Positions 38,139 through 51,702 of a stretch of 60,845 nucleotides of DNA are shown here, piece after piece. Position 1 is the first letter of the stretch; every line of letters starts with the position of its first letter. Both the position numbers and the translations under genes were made by a program. The notes beneath the pieces were generated by a model, which worked only from the letters and a program-made list of their open reading frames with translations, did not search any database and had not been told where the DNA came from. The stretch is from Octopus sinensis (lineage: Eukaryota): contig NW_021834465.1 of NCBI RefSeq assembly GCF_006345805.1, forward strand, positions 1 to 60,845. The letters run 5' to 3'.

Positions 38139-38476
38139 AAGACTGTCCTGGAATAAATATAGAGAAACTCTCTATTACTGAATACATACACAAGCATCAG
38201 CACAAGGAATACAGGTGGACCACTCCCATCAAAAGATCTGTCATGTGTAAACATAACAGGTCGGATATTGTTTTGGGACAGACATGAAAAACTATATAGC
38301 GTCACAAAGTCTCTTTGAAAATCAAAGAGGATAACTTCGGGCAACTGGTTCGAAGCCTCCAGCTTTTATATCTTGATAGTAAATTCACATTTATATATAT
38401 ATATACATATAATGATTGGTGCACTTGATTTTGCGAGTAAATGCCTTAGTAACAATCTGAATAAGCTAGGCTTTTC
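38139..38476 (+). mobile_element. R4-clade RLE LINE fragment, (CATA)n-associated subfamily, copy 3 (more decayed)
   Basis: GAATACATACACAAGCATCAGCACAAGGAATAC...TGTAAACATAACAGG...CTCTTTGAAAATCAAAGAG...CCTCCAGCTTTTATAT. It is preceded by (CATA)n at 38046-38138. Confidence 0.82.
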
Positions 38477-38500
38477 AAAAAAAAAAAAAAAATCAAACGT

Positions 38501-38686
38501 AGGCGTTGGAGTGGCTGTGTGGTAAGTAGCTTGCTTACGAACCACATGGTTCCGGGTTCAGTCACACTGCTTGGCACCTTGGGCAGTGTCTTCTCCTATA
38601 GACTCGGCCCGACCAAGCATTGTGAGTGGATTTGGTAGACAGAAACTGAAAGAAAGAAGCCCGTCGTATATATTGTATATATATAT

Positions 38687-38744
<58 letters not shown>

Positions 38745-39020
38745 ATTATATATATATATATAATATATGTGTGTATGTATATGTATGTGTGTATATGTAT
38801 ATATGTGTTTGTGTGTTGTGTTTGTCCTCCCAACATCGCTTGACAACCGATGCTGGTGTGTTTACGTCCCCGTAACTTAGCGGTTCGGCAAAAGAGACCG
38901 ATAGAATAAGTACTAGGTTTACAAAGAATAAGTCCTGGGGTCGATTTGCTCGACTAAAAGGTGGTGCTCCAGCATGTCCACAGTCAAATGACTGAAACAA
39001 GTAAAAAGAGTGAAAAGAGT
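38501..39020 (+). mobile_element. SINE family A, full length with expanded central (TA)n
   Basis: Complete head, ~130-bp central tract and complete tail. Confidence 0.92.
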
Positions 39021-39619
39021 AAACCAACTAATTCGCTCTTTACAAATAAAATCTGTAAGTGGAACGGTGAGGATGCGCAAGACTTTGTGTTTGCTACCTA
39101 CATTCCAAAGATGGAGTTTTGTGTCTTTGTTAGAAACCAGCTCCTCCTTCAGAAGAAGAATTTAGATAATTAAAAACAAAAGAGAACATATATATACACA
39201 CGTATGCACACAGTCAGACTGTCAGACAGATACACATACATATATACACACACATATATATATGTGTGTATAAAAGTTTTATGTAAATAAGTCTATATGT
39301 ATATACGTATATGTCTGTGTGTATGTATAAATTCGTGTCTATGTGTATAAATGTGTGTGTATGCTAAATGGCTATGTACTGCTCAGAAACACACACATAC
39401 ATACACACGCGCACACACGCGCATATTTGTATGTTATATATATATGTATGTTACGTGCATACATATATCCACACATATACATATGACATGTTAAAAATAT
39501 ATGGATGTGTATGGAAGTATGTGCAAATAAAATACATATATCTAAATTAAATTGGGGCATATAACCATATCCATAAGTATAACACATATACAACATACAC
39601 AAACTTATATGTGTGCTGC

Positions 39620-39652
<33 letters not shown>

Positions 39653-40439
39653 CTATATATATATATATATATTACAGATATATATACATATATATATACA
39701 ATACATATGCATGTACCTATACGCACACAAATATTATATACATACCTACATACGTACATACATACATGCATGCATACATACATGAATATATAAGTACACC
39801 CATATACATACATACATATATAGATACATACATACGTACATTAGGTACATGTATACACACATACATTGAAATTTTATGTATACATTTCTCATTTTTGTCT
39901 TATTTTTTGCAGCCTCCAGTCAAATTTAAAATTGGTAAAGGCAATGAAAAGAGGACATTTTTTTTCTTCTTCCCATTTTCCCCCTCTGTTTTCCTCTCTC
40001 TTTCTATCATTCTCTCTCTCTCCCCCTTTTTTCCTTCACTTTTTGTCTCTCTCTCTCTCTCTCTCTCTCCCACACATTTTCCTTTTCCTCGAGTGTAAAA
40101 AAAAAATTCATAATTTTTCCTTTCACATGGACACAAAAACTACAAAATATCCATCGCTAAGAAAGCTCGCCGTATTCCATGCTCTCCCACTGAATCGCCG
40201 TCGGCAAAGCTTTTAGTTTATCATATACAACTATTTAAATTCATTTTGCCCTAATCAGTATTTATACTGGCAAGAATTTGCCGTTAGCTTTTGAACTTAG
40301 GCACCCAAAGTGCAACGGTAGAATGAATGAAACCGGTGAGTCTTCAGCAAGAAATGAGCAAGAAATGCAAAAAAGGTAAATATACCAAGAAGTAAAATGA
40401 ATACTAATGAACAGTAAATTATTATTGCTATTATTATTA

Positions 40440-40518
<79 letters not shown>

Positions 40519-40524
40519 TTATTG

Positions 40525-40572
<48 letters not shown>

Positions 40573-41852
40573 ATGAATGTGCAACCAAACAACAACAAAA
40601 AAGGTAAAAGAAATAACGAAACAATACATTATATGATTATTGTTTGTTATGGTACGTTAATTTAGGGCTATGCATAAACATCGCTGCATGCGTGTATGCA
40701 TGAATATATATATATAATATAATATAATATATATATACATATATATATATACATATATATATTTATATGAATATATATATGTATAGATATATAAATACAT
40801 ATATATATATACACACATGCACACACATGTATATATATATATATATACATGCATATGCATTAATGATAAATAATATTGCACTCTAATTAATTATATACAT
40901 GTGTGTGTATACACACTCATACATGCACAAAAACACACATGTAATTTTGGTGCTATAGTTCTCAGTAAGATACTCTCTCTCGCTCTCAGTATTTAAGTAT
41001 ATATATACATACACACATTGCATATATATATATGCATGTATGTATATATACATATAATACATGTACATAATATATGTAATATTATATATATATATATATA
41101 TTATATATTATATATATACATGTGTATATACGTATGTAAAAGCTCTATATTAAAACTCTAAGCTGACTCAATCTCAATTAGGAAAAGAACAAACGTAGAT
41201 GGCCACTTCACCGAGTCCTTTCACATCTATTTCCATTCACCTCATCCCCTCATTTTTTTTTTTTAAAAACCACATCACACTTTCCACTCATCAGAACTTT
41301 CTCTTTCACCCTTCTTTTTCTTCTTTCACCTTCTCGACTCTTTTACACTACTCTCAAACTTTTCGCTTGTCTTCTCCACACAAAGTTCCACTTCTTTAAA
41401 AGAAATCATTAAAAACGACATTTTAAACTACTTCACAACCTTTTCCTACATTCGCGTGCACACACACACACGCACACACACACACACACCACACACACAC
41501 ACACACACACACCATACACACACACACACACACACAAACCGCTTCTGTTTCTTCTCTTATGCACGCACATATACAAATTCTCGCATACACTCCACACCCA
41601 TACAGAGCAGATTTTCTATAACTCGTATACTCAATAAGCAAAAAATTTCAATTAATTCTCATGTCTCCCTACATCCTCATACTGTTTTACACTTCACTGT
41701 TAATATTTTATGCAGCAGACGTCATTGAGTATTTTGTGTAGTCATTCTGTAAAGTTATCATCTCTCCGTTCAGAGTTGATTTGGAAAATACAGTAACTCC
41801 CCATTTACACTAAAATCTTCAATGAACAATTTTGTTTATATTATATACGACA

Positions 41853-41883
41853 CTGAAGATGTCAAATAACGCCGAAACATGTC
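41853..41883 (+). ncRNA. Degenerate minimal hammerhead-like motif
   Basis: CTGAAGA-T-GTC-AAATAAC-GCC-GAAACATGTC; palindromic ACATGT stem III, poor stem I. Confidence 0.3.
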
Positions 41884-43233
41884 AGCTTGTTGCCTTCGTG
41901 TTTTCATAGATTATATGAATAGCAACCGCTTCCCATTTTAATTTATTTAAGTAAATTTAAATTCCAGGATAGTATCCTTTGCCTTTCTTGTGCAGGATCA
42001 GTCGTTACACTAAAGAAAGTTTAACACCCAATTGTTAATGCTGCAAGAAGCTGGCAACCCGGCTATTTTGCCTAGTCATCCTCTCTCCCTCTTTCTTTTA
42101 CACACATATACACACACACATACACACATATGTATGCATATATGTATAGCTCTAGACCTATTTCTACCTCAATGTACATCATCAGCACAGTAGTTGACGT
42201 ACATTGATTCTAATAAATATAAGATTATGATGCCTGCACCAAAGAGTGCAATAACACTTGAACATTTTTATTATCATGAAATTTGTTTCTGTAAACCACA
42301 AATAAAATGGGAAAGATAACTCAGAATGGACAGATGTATGAATCTGCACAACTAGGCGAATACACGTGTTTATACCCATATATGTGTTTGCATGTGTACC
42401 TGCGTGTATACGCGGGACCACCTTATTGTCACTGATGTACCATCATTTTGATAGAAGTATCTAGGAATTAGTCATAATCAGTTTCTTAAGAAGATGGCTT
42501 ATCATAAAAGTAGCGGTGCTTTGCCTATTGTCCAGAAAATAGATAGATAAAATATAATGGTCTGTTTGTAGGGCGGGGGTGTTTCTCTTCTTTCAATATT
42601 GATGAAATATCGTTTATTTTTCATATTTTCAGTGGAACATATATTGCAGTGTTGTTTACTAATTTTGAATGTGATTTCTCCCTTCATCTGTTTTCCTTTA
42701 TTCTTATGTATAGTCTAGTTACTAAACCACAAGTCTTATTAAAACAACTGTAGTGTAAAAAGTACAGAATCAATAACTTTATGATTTTAAATTGTTATAA
42801 TTAAGTTAAGAAATGTAGAAAGCTGTTCTTAAAACGTTCAATTAATCTCTATCATTTTTAAGAGAAAGTTATCACAATAAAAACAATATTGATTTGTGAA
42901 TAATTTCTACAGGAAATCGAATGAAACTCTTCGAGCAGTTTCGTAAGGATTCACTTATCTAAAAAGATTTATTTTATACACTCACACACACATATATATT
43001 AAAATGTAATAATTTCAGTTTTGAAATCAAGGTAATGTTTATATTAAATATTAAGCAGACGCGTAATCGGCATGACTATCTTCCATAACCATTTTGAATC
43101 ACAATATAAGGTGTAAAACCAAACTGAAATATATATGAAAACTTCACTCTCTCGCTCCCGTTGTATTCATACAAATGCACATACGTACATCCACGCACTA
43201 CACACACACACAAACACACATATATATATATAT

Positions 43234-43425
43234 TACTTTTTTCAGTCATTTGACTGCGGCCATGGTGGACCACCGTCTTTAGTCGCGAAAATCGACCCCA
43301 GAACTTATTCTTTGTAAGCCTAGTACTTACTCTATCGGTCTCTTTTGCCGAACCGCTAAGTTACGGGGACGTAAACACACCAGCATCGGTTTTCAAGCGA
43401 TGTTGGAGGCATAAATACAGACACA
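43234..43425 (-). mobile_element. SINE family A tail half
   Basis: TTTCAGTCATTTGACTGCGGCCATG...GCCGAACCGCTAAGTTACGGGGACGTAAACACACCAGCATCGG. Confidence 0.88.
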
Positions 43426-43437
43426 CAAACACACACA

Positions 43438-43513
<76 letters not shown>

Positions 43514-44389
43514 TTAAGCAATTTCAAGGGGAATGAAAAATAAAAACTTTTACCTTGTTTTTTTACAGTAAAAGTTTTTATTTTTCATTCCATTTGAAAT
43601 TGCTTGAAATTTTCTGTGGTCTTCAGTCTCCTAGCGTGTAGAAATTACCTGTTGCTGGTTATTTCTCTTTGTGTTTTAAGTGTACACTATTTTATATTGA
43701 ATAATATGTAGTCTATCGACTTTTTATGCATGCTAGGCCACTGGTAATAAATTTGTAAAAATTTACTACCATATGTATATACCTGTATACCTATATATAC
43801 CTGTATACCTATATATATATGTATATATATATATATATATATATTGAACCTTGGGAGGGGCATTAAGCCGGTAATAATAAACACACACACTGGTTCGGTC
43901 CTTTATTGTTATTATTCAGTTTTGTTAATGTTATTTCTTTCTTTTTTTGTCAAATAATTATATCATTGTATTGTTGCAATCACTTCAGTGTGACACGTAA
44001 CTCTACTTCCATGTGTGTACGAGTGTGTACGTCTGTGTTTGCGTGTTGGTGTGTTTGTGAGCATGTGTCTGTGTCTCATTGTGTCTTTATGTGTGTGTGT
44101 TCCTGTGTGTGTGTGTGTGTGTGTGGGTGTGTGTGTGTGTGTTCATGTGTATGTGTGTGCGTTCGTATGTGTGTGAGCTCCGGTGTGTTTGTGTACAGGC
44201 GATGTCCTTTTTCCTTTTCTATCTCTCATGAAAACCGGTCCGTGTATGCGAAAAAATATTACTGTGCTTGGAAAACAACTGATGGTAACCGGAAAAGCTG
44301 CTGGCTATAGGAAATTTTACCTCGTCAAATTCTGTCTGCCCTATGGAAGTAAAGAAAAGTGGTAATAAAACAATGATGGCACTAATGAT

Positions 44390-44403
44390 GATAATGACGA
44401 TGG

Positions 44404-44444
<41 letters not shown>

Positions 44445-44595
44445 GTGATGGTGATGATGATGATGGTGATGATAATGATGATGGTGATGATGATGATGAT
44501 GATGATGATGATGGTGATGGTGATGATGATGATGGTGATGATGATGGTGATGATGATGATGATGATGATGACAGTGGGGATTATGATGATAATGA
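44390..44595. repeat. (GAT)n/(GGT) array
   Basis: Direct inspection; it is the source of the poly-Met/poly-His pseudo-ORFs. Confidence 0.95.
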
Positions 44596-44824
44596 TATAT
44601 CATGTGAAACCTCACGGGACTAAAACCTTTGAAATAACTGTCAGTATTTTCTTTGTAAAAATTTAATGATGATGTTACTTAACTAAAAAGTAATGAGCGG
44701 TCCGTCATTATATACACCAACGCTTAAAGAGTCGATTACACCAACATTTGGAGAGTGACTGCTATTACTAACATAAGGCTGAGGAACTGAATAGGTTAAC
44801 GGAACCTGACATTTCCCAGACTGC

Positions 44825-44865
44825 TTTTCTTCTGAGGATGGGCCTTTGTGCCTGAAATGTAAAAG
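44825..44865 (+). ncRNA. Degenerate minimal hammerhead-like motif
   Basis: TT-CTGAGGA-T-GGGC-CTTTGT-GCCT-GAAA-TGTA-AAAG. Confidence 0.35.
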
Positions 44866-45399
44866 TTTTAATGAACTTTTTGCATTGTCAGAAGCTTTTT
44901 ATTTTCTCTCTTTTTACCTTCTTCGATATTACAATGCTTCAAGCTAACTACAACGCTCTAATATATAACTATATTAAACCAGATGTGTGTGTGTCTGTGT
45001 GTGTGTACGTGAATGTAATTTATGCACGTCCACAAATTAGCACGCATGTCGCTCCAATTTTAGGAGGACATTCGTTATGATCCTAGCTATATTTTCGTCA
45101 ACTTATTTTTCCCAGAGGCACCAGCGAATAGCAGTAAAAATAAAATTTCAACCAAAACTCTTAACAATTTTCAAGTCGGAGAAATCAACACTGTTTGCAA
45201 ACAGGAGTTAAGTCCCCTTCTAGCGACGAGTAAGTTTTTTTCTAAGACTATTGTTGTTTATTTCCATCGAGGAAAAAAGTGCTTTGTTGATATACGGGCA
45301 AAACACACACACACACACACACACACAAATATGTATGCGTACAAAAAGCATGAATGCAATAGGTGTATGTACGTACGTGTGAGTATGTGTGTGTGTTGC

Positions 45400-45432
<33 letters not shown>

Positions 45433-45525
45433 CCAATTTCTACGGATTTCGCCCAAATTTGACGTCGGTGTTACTTAGTTTAGTTTGAAATAAAGAACTT
45501 GATTAGCTTGATAATCCTAACTTAA

Positions 45526-45554
45526 TCCCGGGTAAAGCCGGGTTATACTGCTAG
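45526..45554 (+). mobile_element. Helitron 3' terminus (5' boundary not determined)
   Basis: Hairpin CCCGGGTAAAGCCGGG followed by TTATACTG-CTAG|T, the same architecture as 10934-10961. Confidence 0.7.
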
Positions 45555-46112
45555 TATATATATAAAAGTATGTATGATCATTACAATTTCTATTTATTTC
45601 TAATTACTGATCGACAAAACTTTAGGGATATAACTGCAAGCATTTTGCTGCAAAGGCAAAGCTATTTTCGAAGAAAGTGTTAATTAACGGTCATTGATTA
45701 GTTTCTAAATGTATAATATCTAACATAGAAGCTTCCATTTTCTGAATGAATTAAAATTAATGAACAGCATAGTCTCGGAAATGAACCAAATACCGTCCCG
45801 CCCAATTCTCATTTTTGGTCACAACTACTTTATATAGAAATTGCCTTCTGGCTTGTCCTACTGAGGGAAAACTTCGTTTTCCAAGGTTACGCGTAATATT
45901 TAACACTTTAATATTTAAACCGGCCAAATAAGGCCAACATATTCTTCCTGTTTTATGTTAAAACTGGTCATATCCAGCCTCTCACAACTGCCTTACGGTG
46001 TCATCCTAAAATATATATAATCATATCATAAAACTCTTGAAGTTACAAGATAATGCATCATTAGTTAAGATTGTTTCAAAAACAAAAAAAAACGTTATAG
46101 GATATAACGTGA

Positions 46113-46282
<170 letters not shown>

Positions 46283-46355
46283 AATAGCGTTCAGTTAATC
46301 ACTATACATATCCATCATTTTCTGTTAAAATGTCATTGACGAGTATCATTTCTTC

Positions 46356-46444
46356 ACTTCCCTGAAGAGAAGATTACGTTGTTTTACAACATTCTATTCC
46401 TTTGGAATAATACCAGTGATATCTTCGAAACATGTTTCGGAAGT
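46356..46444 (+). ncRNA. Type I hammerhead-ribozyme-like motif with extended, branched stem II
   Basis: Stem I ACTTCC/GGAAGT; core CTGAAGA (46362-46368); stem II GAAGAT/ATCTTC enclosing two hairpins; GAAA at 46427-46430; UC before stem I. Confidence 0.6.
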
Positions 46445-46705
46445 ATAAGAATTTGAATAATAACGCCCGCGTTTAACTCCATTTATTTATTTATATATAT
46501 ATTATGCAAAATATTTCAGGAAAACCCGAAGTTTCTACCTTTAAAAATAAGGAGTTACAACCTTTTTACTTGTGTGATTTTATGCTACTCTGGTAACTAT
46601 TTATATATTTTGTCCATGTTAATTGTTAACAAGGGAAAATACACACATCTACACACACACACAAACACACACACACACACACTCATATGTATGTATGTAT
46701 ATATA

Positions 46706-47088
46706 GGCGCAGGAGTGGCTGTGGTAAGTAGTTTGCTTACGAACCACATGGTTCCGGTTTCAGTTAAAATGAGTGGCACCTTGGGCAAGTGTCTTCTACT
46801 ATAGCTTCGGGCCGACCAAAGCCTTGTGAGTGACAGAAACTGAAAGAAGCCTGTCGTATATATGTATATATATGTGTGTGCGTTTGTGTGTCTGTGTTTG
46901 TCCTCCCCCCAACATCGCTTGACAACCGATGCTGGTGTGTTTACGTCCCCGTAACTTAGCGGTTCGGCAAAAGATAGAATAAGTACTAGGCTTACAAAGA
47001 ATAAGTCCTGGGGTCGATTTCCTCGGCTAAAGGCCGTGCTCCAGCATGGCCGCAGTCAAATGACTGAAACAAGTAAAAGAGTAAAAGA
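46706..47088 (+). mobile_element. SINE family A, full length
   Basis: GGCGCAGGAGTGGCTGTGGTAAGTAG through GTAAAAGAGTAAAAGA. Confidence 0.92.
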
Positions 47089-47165
47089 TATATATGTATG
47101 TATGTATGTATGCGTGCACATTCGTGTAATTATATATGCATGTGTGTGTGTGTGAGTGTGTGTGA

Positions 47166-47587
47166 GGCGCAGGAGTGGCTGTGTGGTAAGTAGCTTGTTT
47201 ACCAACCACATGGTTCCGGGTTTAGTCCCACTGCGTGGCACCTTGGGCAAGTGTCTTTTACTAAAGCCTCGGGCCGACCAAAGCCTTGTGAGTGGATTTG
47301 GTAGACGGAAACTCAAAGAAGCTCGTCGTATATATGTGTATATATAGATATATATATATGCGTGTGTGTGTTTGTGTGTCTGTGTTTGTACCCCTAGCAT
47401 TGCTTGACAACCGATGCTGGTGTGTTTATGTCCTCGTTACTTAACGGTTCGGCAAAAGAGACCGATAGAATAAGTACTGGGCTTACAAAAGAATAAGTCT
47501 CGGTGTAGAGTTGCTCGATTAAAGGCGGTGCTCCAGCATGGCCGCAGTCAACTGACTGAAACAAGTAAAAGAGTAAAAGAGTATAAG
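47166..47587 (+). mobile_element. SINE family A, full length (tandem with the previous copy)
   Basis: Complete head, middle and tail, 77 bp downstream of the previous copy. Confidence 0.92.
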
Positions 47588-48000
47588 AGTGTGTGCGTGT
47601 TTGTGCGTGGTTATTAATGTGTGCGCAAATGTCTATTGTTTCCTCTGCCACACACACAAACACACACAAACACACGCATACAAACACACACAAACACACG
47701 CATACAAACACAGCATTTCTGCTCTGCCTCTACACCTCGCTCACACTATCATCGACAGGACGAAATTATAAAACCGGAACTGTCATGTTTATTTATCGTT
47801 GTCCAAGTATGATTAAGAGAGCCTAGTGTCATGAATTAATTTGCCTGCTCATAGACATTCGTTGATAGCAACCGGCCGGGCACCATCATCGCCCCTCCCA
47901 CCACACTTTCCCTTATACACGTTTTCTACCTTCTTCCCTCTTACACACAATCTCTGTGTCACATACGCACAGGGAAAGCGCGCGCGCGCGCGCGCGCGAG

Positions 48001-48061
<61 letters not shown>

Positions 48062-48459
48062 CAGAAAGATGGAGTGTCACTGATTTTCGGTTCCATGTAC
48101 CTCCAAAGATGTTGTTAGATTGTCTAGGCGAGATAAAAATCTTTGCTAATCATCGTTTATGTGGTTGACTTTCAGAATGTGTTGATAATGTTGTTGTTTA
48201 ACCCTGGGTTAGCATTGATTAACAAGATCTATGGCCAACCATCTTTCCAACCATGACTCTCCCATCGTGAACGATACGATATCTTTTTGCAGTTTTTGGT
48301 GTTAGCTTGTTTAAGATAGGATTTAGTTTCATGCATTCACTTCATTAATTGCCACACAATAGAATGACCAGCCGATAACAACACAATTCTCACAACTCTT
48401 TGGATATTTTCTTTCTTGTAATTCGAAGAGAAGTATCTTTCGTGAAATAGTGAAATATA

Positions 48460-48622
48460 GGCGCAGGAGGGGCTATGTGGTAAGTAGCTTGCTTACCATC
48501 CACATGGTTGCGGGTTCAGCCCCACTGATTGGCACCTTGGGCAAGTGTCTTCTACTGTAGCCTCGGGCCGACCAAAGCATTGTGAGTGGATTTGGTAGAC
48601 GGAAACTGAAAGAAGCCCATCG

Positions 48623-48669
<47 letters not shown>

Positions 48670-48794
48670 CTGTGTGTGTATGTTTGTGTGTCTGTGTTTG
48701 TCCCCCCAACATCGCTTGACAACCGATGCTGGTGTGTTTACGTCCCCGTCACTTAGCAGTCAAATGACTGAAACGAAGAAAAGAAAAGAAAAGA
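48460..48794 (+). mobile_element. SINE family A with internal tail deletion
   Basis: The head is intact; the tail jumps from CTTAGC directly to AGTCAAATGACTGAAAC. Confidence 0.88.
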
Positions 48795-49042
48795 ATAGTA
48801 TAGAAATACGTAAGGTCATACCATATCTTTTTCCTTTCTTAGCATCACCATAACTATTTTGACTACTTTCTCCTCTGTATTACTCAAAGTGTTTACAAAT
48901 ATTTACATTCAGCCGAAATTGCTAAGATGATCTGGTTCTTGACTGATGACTGAGGGCTTCGAATGTCCCGTCCTGTGGTTCTTGTGTCGTCTCTGTGGTG
49001 TTTCATGTTCTTGTCCATGTCTGTAATTATTTTTACTGTTTA

Positions 49043-49077
<35 letters not shown>

Positions 49078-49080
<3 letters not shown>

Positions 49081-49387
49081 CGTGATCAGCGTGACCGACC
49101 AGGCTATCAGATGTTGCTACACATCGCTGGTCACAATGCACTTCGCATTGTTTTAGCCTTCAAATGACGCCACCCCGCTGGCTAAGCGAGCAGGCCAACA
49201 GAAGAAAGAATGAGAGAAAGTTGCGACGAAAGAGTACAGCAGGGATCGCTACCACCCCCTGCCGGAGCCTCGTGGAGCTTTTAGGTGTTTTCGCTCAATA
49301 AACACTCACAGCGCCCGGTCTGGGAATCGAAACCACGATCCTACAGCCGCGAGTCCTCTGCCCTAACCACTGGGCCATTGCGACTCC
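49078..49387 (-). mobile_element. tRNA(Arg)-like SINE family C
   Basis: The minus strand has A box TGGCCCAGTGG, a TCG anticodon-like loop (GACTCGCGG), B box GGTTTCGATTCC and a ~240-bp unrelated body. It may correspond to a described octopus OR-type SINE (from memory, unverified). Confidence 0.8.
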
Positions 49388-49442
49388 ACACACACACACA
49401 CACACACACATATCGAGACATAGATATTAGATACATATAGAA

Positions 49443-49540
<98 letters not shown>

Positions 49541-51031
49541 ATGAGAGAGAGATACATATATATATAATGCATAGGTATATATATATAATATATGTATATA
49601 GGTATGTATGTATGTATATATAGACGAAATAACCGCTTAAAAAGAACGATATAGACAAATAAGACAACGCATACAAAATTCCAAAATAAAAACCAAAAAC
49701 AGATCAAAACATTATTCTAAACTCAATTGTCAAAAATGCACCACTATACATTCTTCGTTGCATTTGATTCAGCAGAGCTGTTTTAGATTTGCTGCAACCA
49801 TTGCATATTTTCTTTTATACTCTACTTGTTGCCTGGTGCTGTTTCTATAGTATATTGTTGTTGGCACCGCAGCACAGATCGCAATAGTAACAGTTGTAGT
49901 GGCACAGGATAATGTCCATCACGTTTTAATTAGAAAGTTAAACAGCACGTGTTTACCACATAAAAATAGCACGTATAGATGTTCCGCAGCCCTCAGTCCC
50001 CGGACCACGGCGTACTTGCTACATTTTAGCATCACATTTATTCTACTGAGACGCACATCTCTTGTATAACATCCTCACATACATATTCTCTGTAGGTATA
50101 CATACACACATGTGTATATGTGTTTTTGTGTGGATGTATATATATACACGAACACATCTAGGCAACTACGTCAAAGACGAATACACACGGACAGATACAG
50201 CATACGTAGACACAGGCACACGTACATTGTAATCTATAAATACATGTATGCGTACACATATATCTGGTACATACGCAACTCTCTCTCTTTGTCTCTCTCA
50301 CACCCACACATAGATGCACGCACATATCCAGTCACGTACACAATAACACTTACATAGACTTCTACATATATAAAGATATACATATAATCAAACACTGAGG
50401 CAGGTACACACACACAAGCACACGTATGCATACACTGCAATGTTAAGCCCATTGTTTTGTCTTTGTGTACACAAGTGTGCTCAAATATACACAGGCGAAA
50501 AATAAAACATGTTTCGTCAGAATTTTCAGATGAGAAAAATAAGAAAAATAACAACACAACTAATAAAAGAGTATGTTACATTATTAATTGTTTGGCTGGC
50601 ATAATTGCCACCTTTCACTCGCAATGTCATGTTCAAACTTGTAAAATATAACTTCAACAACAACAACAACAACAACAACAACGGCAATTGCAGCAACAAT
50701 AACAACAACAAATGCAACAACACTACCAGAAACGGCAAAATGAAGTCAAGCAAGAAGCATCTACAAGGCCGTTCCCTCTGCCAGGAATAGCAGATGAGGT
50801 AAATATTCTTCCGTGTTATTTTTTCTGCTAAAGCATATCTACTACCAGAACTTATATCATGGAAGATTAATTTTGTATAATTTATTTCAATTAATTCTCC
50901 CTTCTATTTTAGTATGATTAAATCGTCATTTTAAGCTATTGAAACCGGTGGCGTATTTTGATAAAAATGGAAATATTTCCTTTTATTTATAATAGAATTC
51001 TCATCGTAACTTCCTTCTTTTTGTATTTTCT

Positions 51032-51065
<34 letters not shown>

Positions 51066-51702
51066 CACCGATATGCCGTGATACTAATCGGCCGTGAACT
51101 TTTGCACACAACTTTAGCTAAGGACGGCTTATGAAGTCTCTTTTAAGCCGGTCAGATGTCCGTCTTGAGCTCCATTCAAGCACTTAGTGTGTGTGTGGAT
51201 AGATGTGCGGAGCGTAAGGTGATGGGGAGATTGTGTAATATCTTCGTCACTTACCATCCCATGCATACACATTCACACACACATACACACACACACACAC
51301 ACACATGTAAGTAATATATACACAAACGTACGTACACATATACACACATGTACATATGCGCTGACTGATGTAGAACACCATGAACTGATGTTCTCTGGAA
51401 CCGTACATACACGCATACGTACATACACACATACACACACGTACACGCATACACGCGCAGACACATACACACAGTGACATACGCACATACATGCATAGAC
51501 GCAATGTTACACGTCGTGGTACACGATGACGTAAACATAATTATCTCCACGTGAATGGAACGGGGCAGCAACATATCCACGAATGCTTTATATTGTCTGG
51601 AAACTGTCTGCACTCTTAGGACACATACATACACACATACACATTCAGATCTTGACATACAGTTTCACACACACACACACACACATACACACACACACAC
51701 GC

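Noticed and set aside
41975-42080. Exon after strong acceptor CCTTTCTTGTGCAG|
   Set aside because: Stops in all three frames and no donor found.
49315-49387. Genuine tRNA-Arg gene
   Set aside because: A and B boxes are present but the acceptor and anticodon stems do not pair, and it runs into a SINE body. The same applies to the other SINE heads.
50605-50790. Asn-rich ORF
   Set aside because: Driven by (AAC)n; no support for coding.
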